DNA of 63,942 nt, the filler included, from Globobulimina sp. (taxonomy: Eukaryota): the NCBI GenBank assembly GCA_003354225.1. It is 16 parts of 16 records of this genome, joined end to end, with 100 filler letters (N's around TTAATTAATTAA, not from the genome) between each part and the next. Parts side by side here need not be neighbours in the genome. Positions count along the whole stretch, not along the records: positions 1 to 3,907 come from PIVH01001902.1; positions 4,008 to 7,914 come from PIVH01001903.1; positions 8,015 to 11,921 come from PIVH01001904.1; positions 12,022 to 15,927 come from PIVH01001905.1; 12 more parts are not named here. One strand, 5' to 3'. The stretch's first letter is position 1, and the number at the start of each line of letters is the position of its first letter. Below, one piece after another: positions 1 to 13,553 of the stretch. The notes beneath the pieces were generated by a model, which had not been told where the DNA came from, searched no databases, and was given only the letters and a program-made list of their open reading frames with translations. The position numbers and the translations under genes were made by a program.

Positions 1-1362
1 TTGTGGCTTTTGTTGTGGTGTCATTTGCCATATTTGATTGCCATGCCAATATCCAATACCACCCACTAAATTAGATAAAGCATAGCGTGCTAACAGCATC
101 TCGCCGGGCGTGATATATTTGCGTCCATTTGCATCATACACAGCCTCCATATTTGTATCCTCCTTCGTTCTGGAGATGATATTGAATGTTTTCTCAAACC
201 TTGCAGCAAATTGCTTCATTTGGGTGGAGATAAATGCATCGATTTTGTGCCTGCTGTTGATATGTGTTGGTAAGTCTGATAGCGATGTAATACTTTTTTG
301 ATTGGTTGGTAGATATAAATAATAAATCCGAAATGGAGCAATTAGATAATTCTGCGCTAGGAATATATTCGGAGTATGTGACTGGTTGGCAATTATTGTA
401 TGTTTCAGATTGGGTGAAAATTGTGCATAAATTTGTTGTTGTTGTTGTGGATCGGGGTACAATTTCTCGATGATTTTATAAGATTTTTGATACAATTTAC
501 GTGCCTGTTTTTCCATTAACTGTGAAAAGATAGCTTTTGACTTCCATTTGTTTTGTGCACTCAAATGGATGCCGGTAATATAAGTCCGTTCGGTCATTGT
601 GGTGGCTTTGAGTTTGCCCTTTTTCGTGGGTCGCAAAGCTTGGCCGTACATATTATTTTCATCCATGATTTGCGTGATACTGTACGTGTAGGAATAGGCA
701 TCCATTTCGCCATCGATTTGCACAGTTTGTCCGGAGGCGTACTTCTTTTTGGTTGCAAATATATTTTTGTCATGAACAGATAATACGTTTTTATTTGCGG
801 CCTCATGGTCTCCGGCGATGATATACCAGACTGTACCGACGATGCCAGAGCCCACATTGGGTCCGTTTGGAATGTTGTTACCATCGACTACAGAAAGCCA
901 GGCTTCTTCCGCACTGTTTTCAAATTTAAACTTCATAAATGAGGTTGTGAGGTGGAGGTTTGTCAGCGGATCGAAGATTATCTTTGGTTTATTTTATTGT
1001 TATATATGAGAAATTTTGAGAATATTCTTTTTTAACTTGTTGGCCAAAATCTTTTGCATTGTGTGTGTGCCATCCATATGTACTCAATCGGTCACTATCT
1101 TGACAAGCATGGCGACTTTGGGAGAGACCTTCATATTTCCCTGCATCATACCACATGAATCCAAACAATGGAGATTGTGGATGGCGGGCACGAAGTCCAA
1201 AGTAATAGCCGGGGCGATAAGTTCCCCAATTCAGTGTGGGTCTGAATGTAATCAATTATTTATATTGGTGTGATATGATATTGCTAGTTCTAACAGATTT
1301 GTTGTATTTAACTCTTCTGCCTTTGCGACTATAGCGCACAATGCTAACAGCAAACGCAGCAT
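1..1362 (-). CDS. MOGS: Mannosyl-oligosaccharide glucosidase (glucosidase I, GH63), 3'-truncated at contig edge; introns 1242-1312 and 982-1036
   Basis: Signal-like MLRLLLALCAIVAKA; motifs LNWGTYRPGYYFGLRARHPQSPLFGFMW, RHACQDSDRLSTYGWHTHN and LSNLVGGIGYWHG. Removing two GT-AG introns gives one frame open to base 1. Confidence 0.85.
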
Positions 1363-1435
1363 GGTTTGAGCTCGAGTGGTCTTGAACTGAACCTAAAACA
1401 TTAACAGTTTTATTTAATTATTTTATTAAAGTTAA

Positions 1436-2854
1436 ATGGCGGTTGAACCGAAAATTAATTACAAAAATGCTGTGGTTTTAGCACCAATGGTACGAGTGTC
1501 GACGTTGCCGTTGCGACTGTTATGTTTAAAGTACGGAGCAACGATTGTTTTTGGGCCGGAAATTATTGATTATAAACTCATCAATTGTAAAAGCAAAAAG
1601 TGTGCTGATTCAAATACAATTTCATTTGTGAATAAACAAAAAGAGACTCGATTGATATTTAAAACATTGGCTCAAAAAAAGGAGCCAGTTGTTTGTCAAA
1701 TAGGTAGTTGCGATCCAGTAAAATTTTTGCGTGCAAGCATTAAAGTTTGTAAATTTGTACATGGAATTGATTTGAATATGGGATGTCCGAAACCATTCAG
1801 CATTAATAAAGGAATTGGTGCGTCTTTGTTACATCCTAAAAAAATGGATATTGTTGCGGATATTTTAAAAACATGGAAAAGAAATAAAGTGTCAAATTCA
1901 ATGAATTTATCAGTTAAAATAAGATTGTTAGAATCAAACAAAAAAACAATTGAATTGTGTAGAATGATTGAAAAATGTGACGTAGACTGCATAACAATTC
2001 ATGCGAGATATACAAAGGATAGATCTGATACAGTTTGTGCGAGGCATGAATTGGTTAAAAATATTGTAAATGTAAGTAAAATACCAATTATTTATAATGG
2101 CGATATATTTAAATATGAGGATATTAATAAATACAAAGAATTGACAAATTGCGATGGTGTAATGATAGCAAGAGGAGCAACATATAATCCATCAATATTT
2201 AGTTGTGATGGTTTTATCAATATAAATGAAATTGTGTCGCAATATATTGACTTGAATGTACAGTATAAATATCCAATACATAATGCTAAGTTTGTGATGG
2301 AAAAAATGATATTATCTAAGCCATATTTTAAGAAAAAATCATCCGTATTCCAAGAATTTCATAAAACGTTAACATATGATGACTGTAAATTAGTTAATGC
2401 AAAATTAAAGAATATTGCTAAGAAGTACGTACAACCGCAATATACACAAAATAGCAATAACAATACACAAAATAACGCGTATGGTCCTTCGCGAGCAACT
2501 ATTAAATTACAAGTGAATCATAATTGGCCGTATGCTGCGCCAAAGAATAATAATAATAATAAGTTATCTGTGCCAAACTTAACACTTATGGTTGGTGTGA
2601 GATTATTTTATGAGAATGTGAAAATGGTACAAGCTATGAATGTGTCAAAATCATCGTATAAAGCAACAATGGCATTGTTATGTTACATTGAACATGATGA
2701 TGGTATTTATATCGATGGTGTTAATATTGGATTTACAAAACAACATTTTGTTTCAAATATTTTGAAAACTACTTTAGCTGCCATTCATTTGAAAGTCAAA
2801 AAATTCTTAAAAGGATATGAACCAAATGGTGATAAAATATTCAAATTTAATTAA
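1436..2854 (+). CDS. DUS2: tRNA-dihydrouridine synthase, DUS2-like, with a C-terminal extension
   Basis: LAPMVRVSTLPLRLL, DLNMGCPKPFS, ITIHAR, YNGDI and VMIARGA motifs of the Dus family. Confidence 0.85.
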   Translation: MAVEPKINYKNAVVLAPMVRVSTLPLRLLCLKYGATIVFGPEIIDYKLINCKSKKCADSNTISFVNKQKETRLIFKTLAQKKEPVVCQIGSCDPVKFLRASIKVCKFVHGIDLNMGCPKPFSINKGIGASLLHPKKMDIVADILKTWKRNKVSNSMNLSVKIRLLESNKKTIELCRMIEKCDVDCITIHARYTKDRSDTVCARHELVKNIVNVSKIPIIYNGDIFKYEDINKYKELTNCDGVMIARGATYNPSIFSCDGFININEIVSQYIDLNVQYKYPIHNAKFVMEKMILSKPYFKKKSSVFQEFHKTLTYDDCKLVNAKLKNIAKKYVQPQYTQNSNNNTQNNAYGPSRATIKLQVNHNWPYAAPKNNNNNKLSVPNLTLMVGVRLFYENVKMVQAMNVSKSSYKATMALLCYIEHDDGIYIDGVNIGFTKQHFVSNILKTTLAAIHLKVKKFLKGYEPNGDKIFKFN

Positions 2855-2959
2855 CAGCTAAACAAAAAATACTTGATCATGATTTATTTTATTTAGCCTT
2901 GCTCCCAAAATTAAAAATAATAATTTTACATAAATTGCCAGGAAATATTTTTCCATTAA

Positions 2960-3907
2960 TCACATTTTGAATGATTCAGAAAATCCACTAATTTTGCAAT
3001 CCGTATTGTTAATTTGCAACAGAAGGCAATCCGCTTTACTTACAGCGCTAACATTTACATTTGTTGATGAACAGTTTGATTCCAGCTCTTTCAATAAAAT
3101 GTTTCTGTCAATTCCATCACTCAAATCAGTTAAAGTTAATGTAAACATAAAATCATTTATTTCTGAATAACCCAACCAATGAACAACTTTACCAATATTC
3201 AACATAAAATCATTTGGATTAAATGTATCATCACAAGTTATATTAATTACCATTTTCATTTGATTTCTTTTCCATTTTATGGTTTTAAATAAACCGTTTT
3301 CTATCCCATCCAATAACGCAGCGGTAAATGTAGAATCAACAATAAATTTAATATATTCCAACGATTTACATGATGCTATTAATTTTGCCGCTATTTGGTT
3401 TGTTTCACGTGGGGTCATAAATGATTTCCCTCCCAACTGATTATTACATCACTTTTCTTTAAATTGTGTGCCGTTAATAAGAGATCATTCATCGATTTAA
3501 TTGTTGGTGTCATTAATTCCAATTCTTCCAATTTATTAAAATTTGTATTTTGTAAATTAAAATTAAAGTCATTATGATATTCAGATAATGCTAAAAAATC
3601 CAAATTATTTCCAAATGACTGAATTAATGATCGATTCACTGCCTCAAAGCCACCATTCAAACTCAAACCTTTTAAATTTGGATATAAATCTTTAATTGTT
3701 TTAGTATCCAACCAAGCAATTACTCCATAAAGATCTAAATATTGTATGTTTGCAAACTTTGTTAATAATTTCATAAATTTAACCGATGGAAAACGAATAG
3801 TTGTATTTCCAAAATGTGAACATCTTAATTCTGTCATATCTCCATAAACAACCATATTCGGATGTGATTTCATCCAAGGTCTTAATTTGAGATAAAGTTC
3901 TTCAAGT
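2960..3907 (-). pseudogene. LRR-like protein fragment with a frameshift near 3440; 5'-truncated
   Basis: Two overlapping ORFs (3415-3873, 2960-3436) with LxxLxL repeats (YPNLKGLSL, FNKLEELEL). No plausible intron bridges the frame change. Confidence 0.45.
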
Positions 3908-4007
3908 NNNNNNNNNNNNNNNNNNNNNNNNNNNNNNNNNNNNNNNNNNNNTTAATTAATTAANNNNNNNNNNNNNNNNNNNNNNNNNNNNNNNNNNNNN
4001 NNNNNNN
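3908..4007. other. Artificial contig spacer 44N-TTAATTAATTAA-44N; identical spacers start at 7915, 11922, 15928, 19934, 23940, 27945, 31949, 35953, 39956, 43956, 47956, 51953, 55950 and 59947
   Basis: The same 100-bp linker, with stops in all six frames, separates fragments of steadily decreasing length. Confidence 0.98.
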
Positions 4008-4311
4008 TTTAATATCCACTTTCAATTGGAATTAAAAACATATTTTGGTTTACTTTTTTTTTGTTGTTTTAATTAAATATCTTATGTTATATACTATCGA
4101 TTCAGCTTAGAACTATGATGTGTAACGGATCGCCCCAGTTAGTAAGACTGTTACAAACTTACAAAGTAAAAATATGATGAAATGTTTTGAAGTTGGAAAA
4201 ACATTTTTCACGATTTCCATACATTTTAACATTTCATCATATTTTTACTTTTACAACTTTTGATACAAAAAAAAAAGGGTAAATCAATTCGAAATCCGCA
4301 ATATCTAAAAA

Positions 4312-5643
4312 ATGCGCATGCACCATGCTGTTAGGAAAAGACAGTCCCAATTATTAGTAAGTGGATACGTTAGAAAATATAGGGCTCAGTATATCCATAC
4401 AGATATTATTAGTATCATTCATGCATTCCATTATATAATATATAAAATATTTGAATTATATTCTATTGGAAACAACAGATGTGGACAGCAAGGAAACGGA
4501 GGATATGGACATATTCAAAAAATAACAAAAATAAAAACATTTAAAAAACAAATAAAAAATATTGTTACTTGTGGTGGTGATTATAGTGCAGCAGCATACA
4601 TTTTATTTGATGATGAAACCTATGAATGTTGTGGTTATAATGAAATGGGTGTATTAGGTGTTGGGCATAATAATAATATTAAAATATGGCATCAAATGAA
4701 AGATATGAAAATAAAAAATATATTTGCTGCACCAAACGGATCAAGACACTCATTTTGTATTTCAAATGAGAATAAATTATATGCTGTCGGTGATAATTCT
4801 TATAATCAATTTGGTATACAAACCAATGCATACCAATTACAATGGATACCAATTAATATATCATTATCAATTCAAAAGGTAGCAACGGCAAGAAATTATA
4901 CAACATTTTTAAGAACAAATGGTAAAATATATGTTGCTGGTTATGATATGTATGGTGAAGGTGTTTTAGGATTAGGTAAAGATATTGCATCATCACCAAA
5001 TATTCAAAAAATTCAAATAAAAACAAAATTTAAGGATATATATTGTGGATGTTTACATACCTTAGCAATTGATGATAATTATGGTGTTTGGTCATGGGGA
5101 TATGGTGGATATGGCAGATTAGGCCATGGAGATGACGCTAATAATAGATATTCACCAACAAGAATACAATATTTTATTCAAAACTATATTAAAATTGGTA
5201 AAATATGTTGTGGTGAGTATCATAATATATTATTATCATTAAATAACAAAGTTTTGATCTGTTTATTTATTTTTATATTGTTTTGTCATACAAATACATT
5301 TTAATAACTAAATAAGATATATTGTTTTGGAAGGAATACGGAGTATCAATGTGGCAATGGTTCAAATAAAAATGTATATTTGCCACAACCAAATGAAACA
5401 TTAAAAAAGGAAACAATTATTGATGTTAAATGTGGTGCAAATCATAATATTATTACAACAGCTGAAAATAAATATTATTTATGGGGGAATAATCAATATA
5501 ATCAATGTTTATATGTCCATGATGCAAATCCACCGGGTTCTATTAAGAAACCATTATTATTTAATTCAAATTATTTTGATAAGGAAATAATTGACATTTA
5601 TCCTGGATATTATGAAACACGAATAATAATCGGTAAAGTTTAA
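4312..5643 (+). CDS. RCC1-repeat (beta-propeller) protein with an N-terminal F-box/SOCS-like helix; intron 5251-5316
   Basis: RCC1 repeats GxNxxGQxG, IYCGCLHTLAIDDNYGVWSWGYGGYGRLGHG and VKCGANHNI. The GTTTTG..TAAG intron joins the two ORFs in frame. Confidence 0.85.
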
Positions 5644-5952
5644 ATGAAGAAACCAGTCAAACCACCAATTTTTTGTATTTTATTTTTGTTGTTTCAATTG
5701 TCAGATCGTTTTGTGCTTTGTGATTGTGAATATCTATTCAACTGGCAATACATTGGCATTGCACACTGTATTAAGAAAGAAACAGATGATATTATTGATC
5801 GATGTCAATATTCCGACTGTTCCTATGAAAGTGGACAAAATGTTACATTTAAGCTGTTTTTAATCTTAGTTCAACAAACCAACACCTTTATATACACAAC
5901 CACCCTCCTTAAATTCAGTACTAGTATTCTACATAAAAAAAACCACCACAAA

Positions 5953-7597
5953 ATGTCTCAGAACGCGCAAAAGTCCAAGGCACCAACATCTGCAAAATCA
6001 AGCAGATTTTCAAAATTATTAAAAAAGAAGAAAAAAGGCAAAAAATCCAAATCAAGTAAATCTCATTATCAGTTAGAGGTTGCTGATGAAGTTCCACCCA
6101 TGATTTGTCATAGAAAATCATCCCCATTTATAACAACAACAAATGTTGTTAACGCTATTGATAATTATCGAGGCTCATCAACAGCCGAACGGCAACAACC
6201 GCTTCATTCAAAGCGAGGTAAACGATCCTTATCCCTCCACCAATACAATACGCTACACTCCAAAATAGATAAAGTAACTATGAACACACATAAACGGAAC
6301 GTGCCGCCTCCACCGCCCAAACATAAAAAATGCAATACCACCATTCATAACAAACATAACTCCGTAGGTCAATGGTCAACGTATCAGCCGCACAACGATG
6401 GCAATATAAATATAAACATCGACATAAATAAAAACCATAATTTAAGCAAACAACATTCAAATCGACGGCCGAGACACAAATCCATGCACACAATTAAAGA
6501 CAATACAGATTCACCTTCACCAACTTCACCGCAATCGCCTCAATCCCCCGCTGCTCGATTCATTGCACATATTCCCAGACAAAGCATTGAGCACAAACTG
6601 GATATAAAACAGCTGTTATATGAAATGATTGACATGAAGCGACAAATCAAATCGTTGAAAAAGGTACAGATATATAGCTCTAAAGTGTAAACAAATGTTT
6701 TTTTTTATGTTTTAATGTGTTTTTGTTTATGGTTTTGAGGATGTTAAATTCCTGAAAACGGAAAACAATCTCTGCCATCGAAGGATAACATTTCTGGAGG
6801 ATCAGAAACAAGAAAAACAGACTCCGGAATATGCGCATTTTGTATATGATAATAGTAATAAAATGGTGCCGCCAGCAACTAGTTTACAGCCACAATCACC
6901 AGACACGTCAATCTGTGCCATGGCTGAAATGAATTTGGGTCCTTCACATTCGCGGAAACAAAATGTACAAACACAACTTCTGAATACACAGCAAAATAAT
7001 AATAACAATATGGATGAAGGCATTAATAATAATAATAATATTGATCGGTCGGCGTCATTTCCATCGATGCAATCTTGTTCAACGGAGTCTGTTGAAGCAG
7101 ATTTGGATGGAACTGATATCGATGTCGATATGGAAACGAAATTAAGAAAATTGTCGTATAAGCTAGCCACTGCCAACGTGTTTTCTGACGAATATAGGAG
7201 ATTGGAATACGAATTAGAAAAATTAATACAACAAAATGAGGACACACAAAGTAAACATAATAGCGATTATTATCATAATATGGAGGATAATGGGACAAAC
7301 TGTCAATATAATGATGGAACAATGCGAATTCATAAGAAAGAGAACGAGAAACGATTGTATTGCATGAATAATGATAATGAGAGTAACGGCGATGAGAAAG
7401 TGAGCGAGAGTGAGAATTCAAATCAATTGGAATGTGGCACATTAACGCAAATAAAAAGTTTGTGCACATTAAGTAGAAGGAGTACGAGTGGATTATTTAG
7501 AAAGAAAAAATATAAAAAGAAAAATAGTGATCGTAATGATGGAATTGATGGTAAAAAATGTCAAGAAATGGAATCTACATTGAATGAAGGAATGTAA
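5953..7597 (+). CDS. Low-complexity/coiled-coil hypothetical protein; intron 6664-6739
   Basis: Likely start MSQNAQK at 5953. The GTACAG..TGAG intron joins ORF 5644-6690 in frame to ORF 6863-7597. Confidence 0.55.
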
Positions 7598-7840
7598 ATT
7601 TTTGACTGAATTTATTCACATTATAATTATTGTTTAATTCAGTGACTTATTTTTTTTTCATTAAAAGAATGTATATGATTTGATATTTTATTATATTTTA
7701 GTTTTTAGTTTGTATTTTTTTTTTGCATTGAAAATTGAAATAAATTTCTTTTATCCGTTAAGTTAAAATTATAGCAAAACAGCAATTACACTACGAAGTG
7801 AAAATACTTTTCGAATTAAGAATTTTTCACCTTTATAATA

Positions 7841-7914
7841 ATGAACCATGCTTTCAGTAAAAGACGATCCCAATTATTAGTAAGTGGATACGTTAGAAAA
7901 TATAGGGCTCAGTA
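7841..7914 (+). CDS. 5' start of a third RCC1-repeat paralogue, cut by the contig end
   Basis: MNHAFSKRRSQLLVSGYVRKYRAQ is nearly identical to the starts at 4318 and 21276. Confidence 0.8.
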
Positions 7915-8014
7915 NNNNNNNNNNNNNNNNNNNNNNNNNNNNNNNNNNNNNNNNNNNNTTAATTAATTAANNNNNNNNNNNNNNNNNNNNNNNNNNNNNN
8001 NNNNNNNNNNNNNN

Positions 8015-8498
8015 AACAGCGGTAAAATACAGTGATTCGGAGAGTGACAGTCCAATCCCGGTGAAAATAAAAAAAAAAGCTAAGAAAAAACCGGCGAGAA
8101 AAAAAGTAGCGGTAAAAGTAAAAGTAAAATACAGTGATTCTGAGAGTGACAGTCCTATCCCGGTGAAAAAAAAAGGAGCTAAGAAAAAAACAAAAACGGC
8201 GACGTCGACGTCGACAGCAAAGAATGGGTCGAGGAGAGAAAAAAAATCGAAGGAAGCGGATGATTTTGTGGAGAAAAGGAAGGCGAAAATCGATGAGTTG
8301 AAAAGGTTGGAGAGGGCGGAGAGAGAGCGGCGGAAAAAGAAGGAAATGAGAATGAGTATCGGAGAGAGTGACAGTGACAGTGACGATTCTGCGGAAGGAC
8401 AAAGGATGAGAGACGAAGCGCGACGGAAAAAAATTGCTGAAATGAAACTGTTGGAGAAAGAGGATAGAGAGAGAAGGAAAAAAAGACGAAATAAATGA
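8015..8498 (+). CDS. 3' part of a K/R/E/S-rich repetitive protein
   Basis: Open frame from the contig edge with a duplicated AVKYSDSESDSPIPVK unit. Confidence 0.45.
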
Positions 8499-8994
8499 TG
8501 CTTTTTCAGAGTGTATATAGATATTTTTCAGAGTGAGTGAATGTATTTATTTTTTGTGTTGAATGAATGTAGTTTTCTGGCCGGGCCTTTCTGTGATTTA
8601 CATAATTTATATTATTGGCTTTTTTTGTTGTTGATTTTTGGCAAATCAGTGTTAATTTGAAGAGAGTCATATTATGCTTGCAATTGATTCGTATCCTTGC
8701 ACTCAATCAACTCGTTGTTTTTTGAGTGGTGGTGATCTTTTATTCTTCTGTTTATCCATTTCATTTGTAACAAAAGTGTTACTTTTCTTTCTTGCTTCCT
8801 CTATGGCACTTAACAGGAATTTGATATTTGTTTCCTGCTCTTTTGTTTGTTGTTGTTCAATTTTGTAGTCACCATAATCAACATGATTTTTATTCAAATG
8901 ATATGTGGCACATATTCCAATTATTTTTCTTGAGTTTGCCATGTACAAGTTTTTGATTTTCCAGTACACTTAGTCCCAATCCTGACCTGATACG

Positions 8995-11921
8995 ATGAGA
9001 CTGCACAACCAAGAAATAATAGTAGATATAAACAATAGATACGCAAATATCTCGTATTTACTTGATTTTGACAGAAATGCAATTGCAAATGATGAAAAAC
9101 AGGAAAATAAAAACAATCATGATAGTGGCGCTCGTGCATTGCGACTTGAATTAAGCATAGATCCAAATGCATTTCTGTCGTCATTTGAAGCAGTGATTGA
9201 TACTGATTTGTTCATTGGACAATTGCAAATAAAGGAAAACAAAACAACACAAAGCTTCCCCCAAAATGAAGGAGATATCGATGAAGATATCATTTCAATA
9301 AAACAAATTTATAAAGATATAGAAAATATATTTGAAATCAGAACAAAAGATATAAGACACGTAAAAAAGCTATCATTCCGGCTCAAAATTGAGCAATATC
9401 TCGAAAAAAAACTTGATTCAAACCATTTAACCGTTGAAATATGGCGAAAGTTTACCAAATCTAGTAATATCATACAAGATTTTGCATATATTAATTTCGA
9501 AATAAATATCAGTGATGAACATAATATCTATGATTTTATTGTCAACAATGATGGCATGAAAACAAAAGCAAATATTAGTACCGGCACCGCTAAATCAGTT
9601 AAGATGAGTGGCCAACTTTGGTCTGCTTCAAGCAACACTGAATTAGTCATAAAATATAAAACCAAGCAAGAAAATGAGGAATTGCAAAATAACATTTTGT
9701 ATGACATCAAGTCGCAAACATTTTGTCATGTAATCTCGACTAAAAACATGAATTTTAATTATATCAATTGCAATATGCGTATCCCGCGGAGGGTGATGTT
9801 TGTGATCGATCGGTCATTGAGTATGAAAGGGATGAAATGGGAGAAGACCATCCGCTCCGTCACGCAGTCTATAAAAGAATTGCGATTTGCATGTGATAGA
9901 TTCGGTGTATGTGTGTTTAATAACAATGTCAAAATATTACAAAGCTGCACTAGTGCCAATCCACATAACTGTGATTCTGCAATTTGCGCATTAAAGCAAG
10001 TAAATGTCAAAGACCAAACCAATTTTAACCACACTTTATTACAAAGCATTGCTTTTATTAAAAAAGATATAGTCGGCGGCACAGACGCTTTTTTTATGAA
10101 TGAAATTATATTCGTTACAGATGGCTCTCCCAACCACGGCGAAAATGATGCAAATCGCATCTTACTTAATGTCGCTGCAGCAAATAATTTAGATAACATT
10201 GATAAATATAATGATAAAATATCGATATTTGCGTTTGGAATTGGTGACGATTTAAATCATTCATTTTTGCATTTATTAGCTACGAATAACAATGGCCACT
10301 ATCAACGCGTTAAATGTATGACAGCGGATACAGTGTTGACTCAACATTTTAGTATTTTGTCCAAACCCGTTTTAGCAAATATTAATATTCAATATACAAA
10401 TAATGCTCTCACTATGTATCATGTTACGGACACAAGCTATCATGCATTGTATGATGAGGCCGATTTAATTATTTGCGGTAAAGTTAAGGGCGATGTGCCA
10501 GCTGCAGGCAGTGTAGAGGTAAAATTATCGGCTATTACTGGCACAATGGACAGTACAGAACCGATTGATATTGTAATTGAAATGAAAATGGATATCAATA
10601 CTGCAGAGGAAGAGAATATTAATACAGATAGAATATGGGCATGGTTTAAACTGCGGCAACTTATGAGAGAGAGAGCGAGCGAGAGAGAGAATATATTCTC
10701 ATTTGCATCATCATTGGCGTTGGAATATAATTTTTTAACAGTTTGGACATCGATTGTTATGGTGAAGAAACAGGTGACGTCGAATGAAGAGCCAGATGGC
10801 GACGTCGACGTCGACCATGACCTGACACCAAACATAAATCGGATAATGACTGCGTTGAGGAATACTGCACTCAAACAAAAATACGCAAATAATAATTATA
10901 AACAAGACATCGCCGAGATGTTTGAAGAGTTTTTAAAAGAAGAAAACTTTGAGGATGATGGCATGGAGGATGAATTTGGTGATGGTGTACAAGAAGATTG
11001 TTCATTCAATGATTGGTTAAAAGATGTCAAAGACATCGATGATTCGCAAGTGGATGACATATGGCATGATTTAAATCGAGCATTTAAAGGAGAATTCCAA
11101 TTGGAAGCGGTGCACAATATCCGTCCCGAACAAATTAGCACAGTCTATGATAGAATATGTATAAATTATAATATTAATGTGACGCAGAATAGATTAGAAT
11201 TTATAGCTCAACAGCTAGGCATCCAATGTCCTGACTTATTGCAACAAGGCCAAACTGGGCGGAGGGAATTGGAATTAGCACAAGATCGATATCAAAAGAA
11301 AGAATTAGATCGTGCAACGTACTCAATGTTACAAATCGGGAAACAAAACCATAACCGGCCGATATTAATGTTCTTGGTGGACGCCTATAACCGATATAGA
11401 ATACAACGAAGAAAGCGCTTTGTAGAGAAATTTGCAGATCCGCTGCTGCTGAGTCATAAATTTAAAGACCTTGACATGAAAAGGTTTATCAATGACAAAT
11501 GCAATGGTTTTAGCAAATGGTTGAGTGAATATACAGATGTTCAGGTTGAATTTTTCCGCGATATGTGTCAAGCTTCGATAGCGGTGTTTTGTCACAGATT
11601 ATTACCCAAACCGCCCATGATTGCGCATACCACGGTCATCGACGACTCCATTGTGCAAATTGGTTATTATATACTGGCTTGTTACACTTTCATCGAACAA
11701 TTGACATTGCAGCAAAATGCTCCGTTGCCTGCACAAATTGATATTGTTTTTGTGGCTCGCAATTATAAAAAATTGTTATGGGATGAATTCGATCGCGACG
11801 ATGCGGAGAAGAATCATGATCAGCTGAATGAGGATGATATGGATGCATATGATATGGATGCGGACGACGACGAGGAAAAGAAAGATGATCACCAAGTTAT
11901 TATTGGTGATATTGAGGAAAG
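8995..11921 (+). CDS. VIT + von Willebrand A (ITIH-like) protein with a long unknown C-terminus, 3'-truncated
   Basis: VIT-like N-terminus (IVDINNRYANI, AFLSSFEAVI); MIDAS motifs VMFVIDRSLSM, IFVTDG and FAFGIG; ITIH-like RIWAWFKL..LALEYNFLTVWTS. Confidence 0.8.
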
Positions 11922-12021
11922 NNNNNNNNNNNNNNNNNNNNNNNNNNNNNNNNNNNNNNNNNNNNTTAATTAATTAANNNNNNNNNNNNNNNNNNNNNNN
12001 NNNNNNNNNNNNNNNNNNNNN

Positions 12022-13424
12022 AAGAAGCCAGCCAGCCGCGTCTGTCCATTCATTTCGTATGTCACCGCAGTGCGACGGAAACGGGCCGAAATTAGCTGCG
12101 AACTGAAAAAAGAGCCAAACAAATTGGCAATGCCGTAGGCAAAAAACTCCATATTGGCGTCCACGTTGATGTCCACCGGAGCCAACTTGTGCTCTTTGCT
12201 GTTATTGTATTCGTCGCGCATTTTCTGCTCAAACGAGTTGGCCAACACAATGTTGCTCATATAGTCCACCACCGTCACCACCAAAGCTGGCAGGAAAACC
12301 ACGCGCAGATATTTAAAATCCGGGGCAGCCGGCACAGCAAACCCTGCCTTGATGTCAGCGCCGACAATGTCGACGCCTAAGCTCTCGAAGTCGAACACGT
12401 ACGACAGCACAATGTTGATTATCATCACGATCAATGGGAACGGCACCCATTTCGGGATACGGCTGCACAATTTCGGCAGAAACAACACCGACAGCGACAG
12501 CATTGAGATTAGGGTCGTGTACCAATGAATGGTGTGGAAGTTGAAGATGACCGCATACAAATTGCTGGTGAACAGCGGATAGCGACCGATCTCCAAACCG
12601 AACAGGCTGCGGCATTGCGAGAGCACAATGATCAGCGCGGCGGACATAATGAAGCCAGTCATGACTGGTCGCGACAGGAACACAATCACGAAACCGGCGC
12701 GTAACACGCCCAAAGTGAGGAAAATAATGCCGCAGCAAAACGTGAAGGTCATGGCGATGGATTGGTACTGTTCTTGGTCGGTGGAGTCGAGATCCGCCAT
12801 AATTTGGTTCACTGCGCTGGCCAACATGATGGCGGACGGCGCGCCCGGACCCACTGCGACTTTGGTGGAGGTGCTCCAGACTCCGTATAATAGCACAGGA
12901 ACGACGCTGGCATACAAGCCCCATTCTGGCGGCAAACCAGCTAAAACGGCGTACGCCAAAACTTGCGGCACCTGCAATATGGACACGGTCATCGCAGCGA
13001 AGAAGTCGGGTTTGAGCCACGACAGTTTGTATTGGGGCAGCCAGCCCGCAATGGGGAGCACGGAGGACAGCGTGCAGTTTTTGGTGTATTTTTGGGTGTA
13101 GGTCTCGTCTGGACCTGGTTTTACTATTTTTTTTGTGTGTTGCGGTACAAATGTGAATGAGAATTGTTTTTGAGTGTACGTTTAAAATAATATTAATGTG
13201 TTGAGGCACATACGGGATTGGATGGAATAGGCGGACTGTAAAGTTGGTGGCGATATGATTTCGAATTCACTGAAGAAGCCATGCCGAGTGGGTTCCGATT
13301 GTACGGATTGAGTGGTCAGGTGAGAGAATTCAGGGTCGTCGAAGGAGACTTTTGGTTGTGGTGAATGTGGAGTATGTGGTGAAAGTTGCGCAGTTTCGTC
13401 AATGGTGATTGATAATTTGTGCAT
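12022..13424 (-). CDS. SLC26/SulP sulfate-anion transporter, 3'-truncated; one intron near 13125-13213
   Basis: LPIAGWLPQY, VPQVLAYAVLAGLPPEWGLY, FLSRPVMTGF and GIANLFGSFF..FRRTAV motifs; multiple TM helices. Confidence 0.9.
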
Positions 13425-13553
13425 ATTTGCGTTTGGGGGATTTGTCAGAATTTGTATATTCAATGACAAGAAGCTATGATTAAAGGATGAGTGAAAAGTG
13501 ATTTTTTGAAGCAAAGTTTTTCTTTGTCGTTTATTTTTTTAGTAATTGCAGCA

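Noticed and set aside
3437-3447. 11-nt GT..AG micro-intron that would repair the LRR-like gene
   Set aside because: Far shorter than any other intron here (52 nt or more). A frameshift mutation or sequencing error is more likely.
5644-5952. N-terminal 100 aa of the ORF 5644-6690
   Set aside because: Probably open intergenic or UTR sequence. Composition changes at MSQNAQK (5953), the more plausible start.
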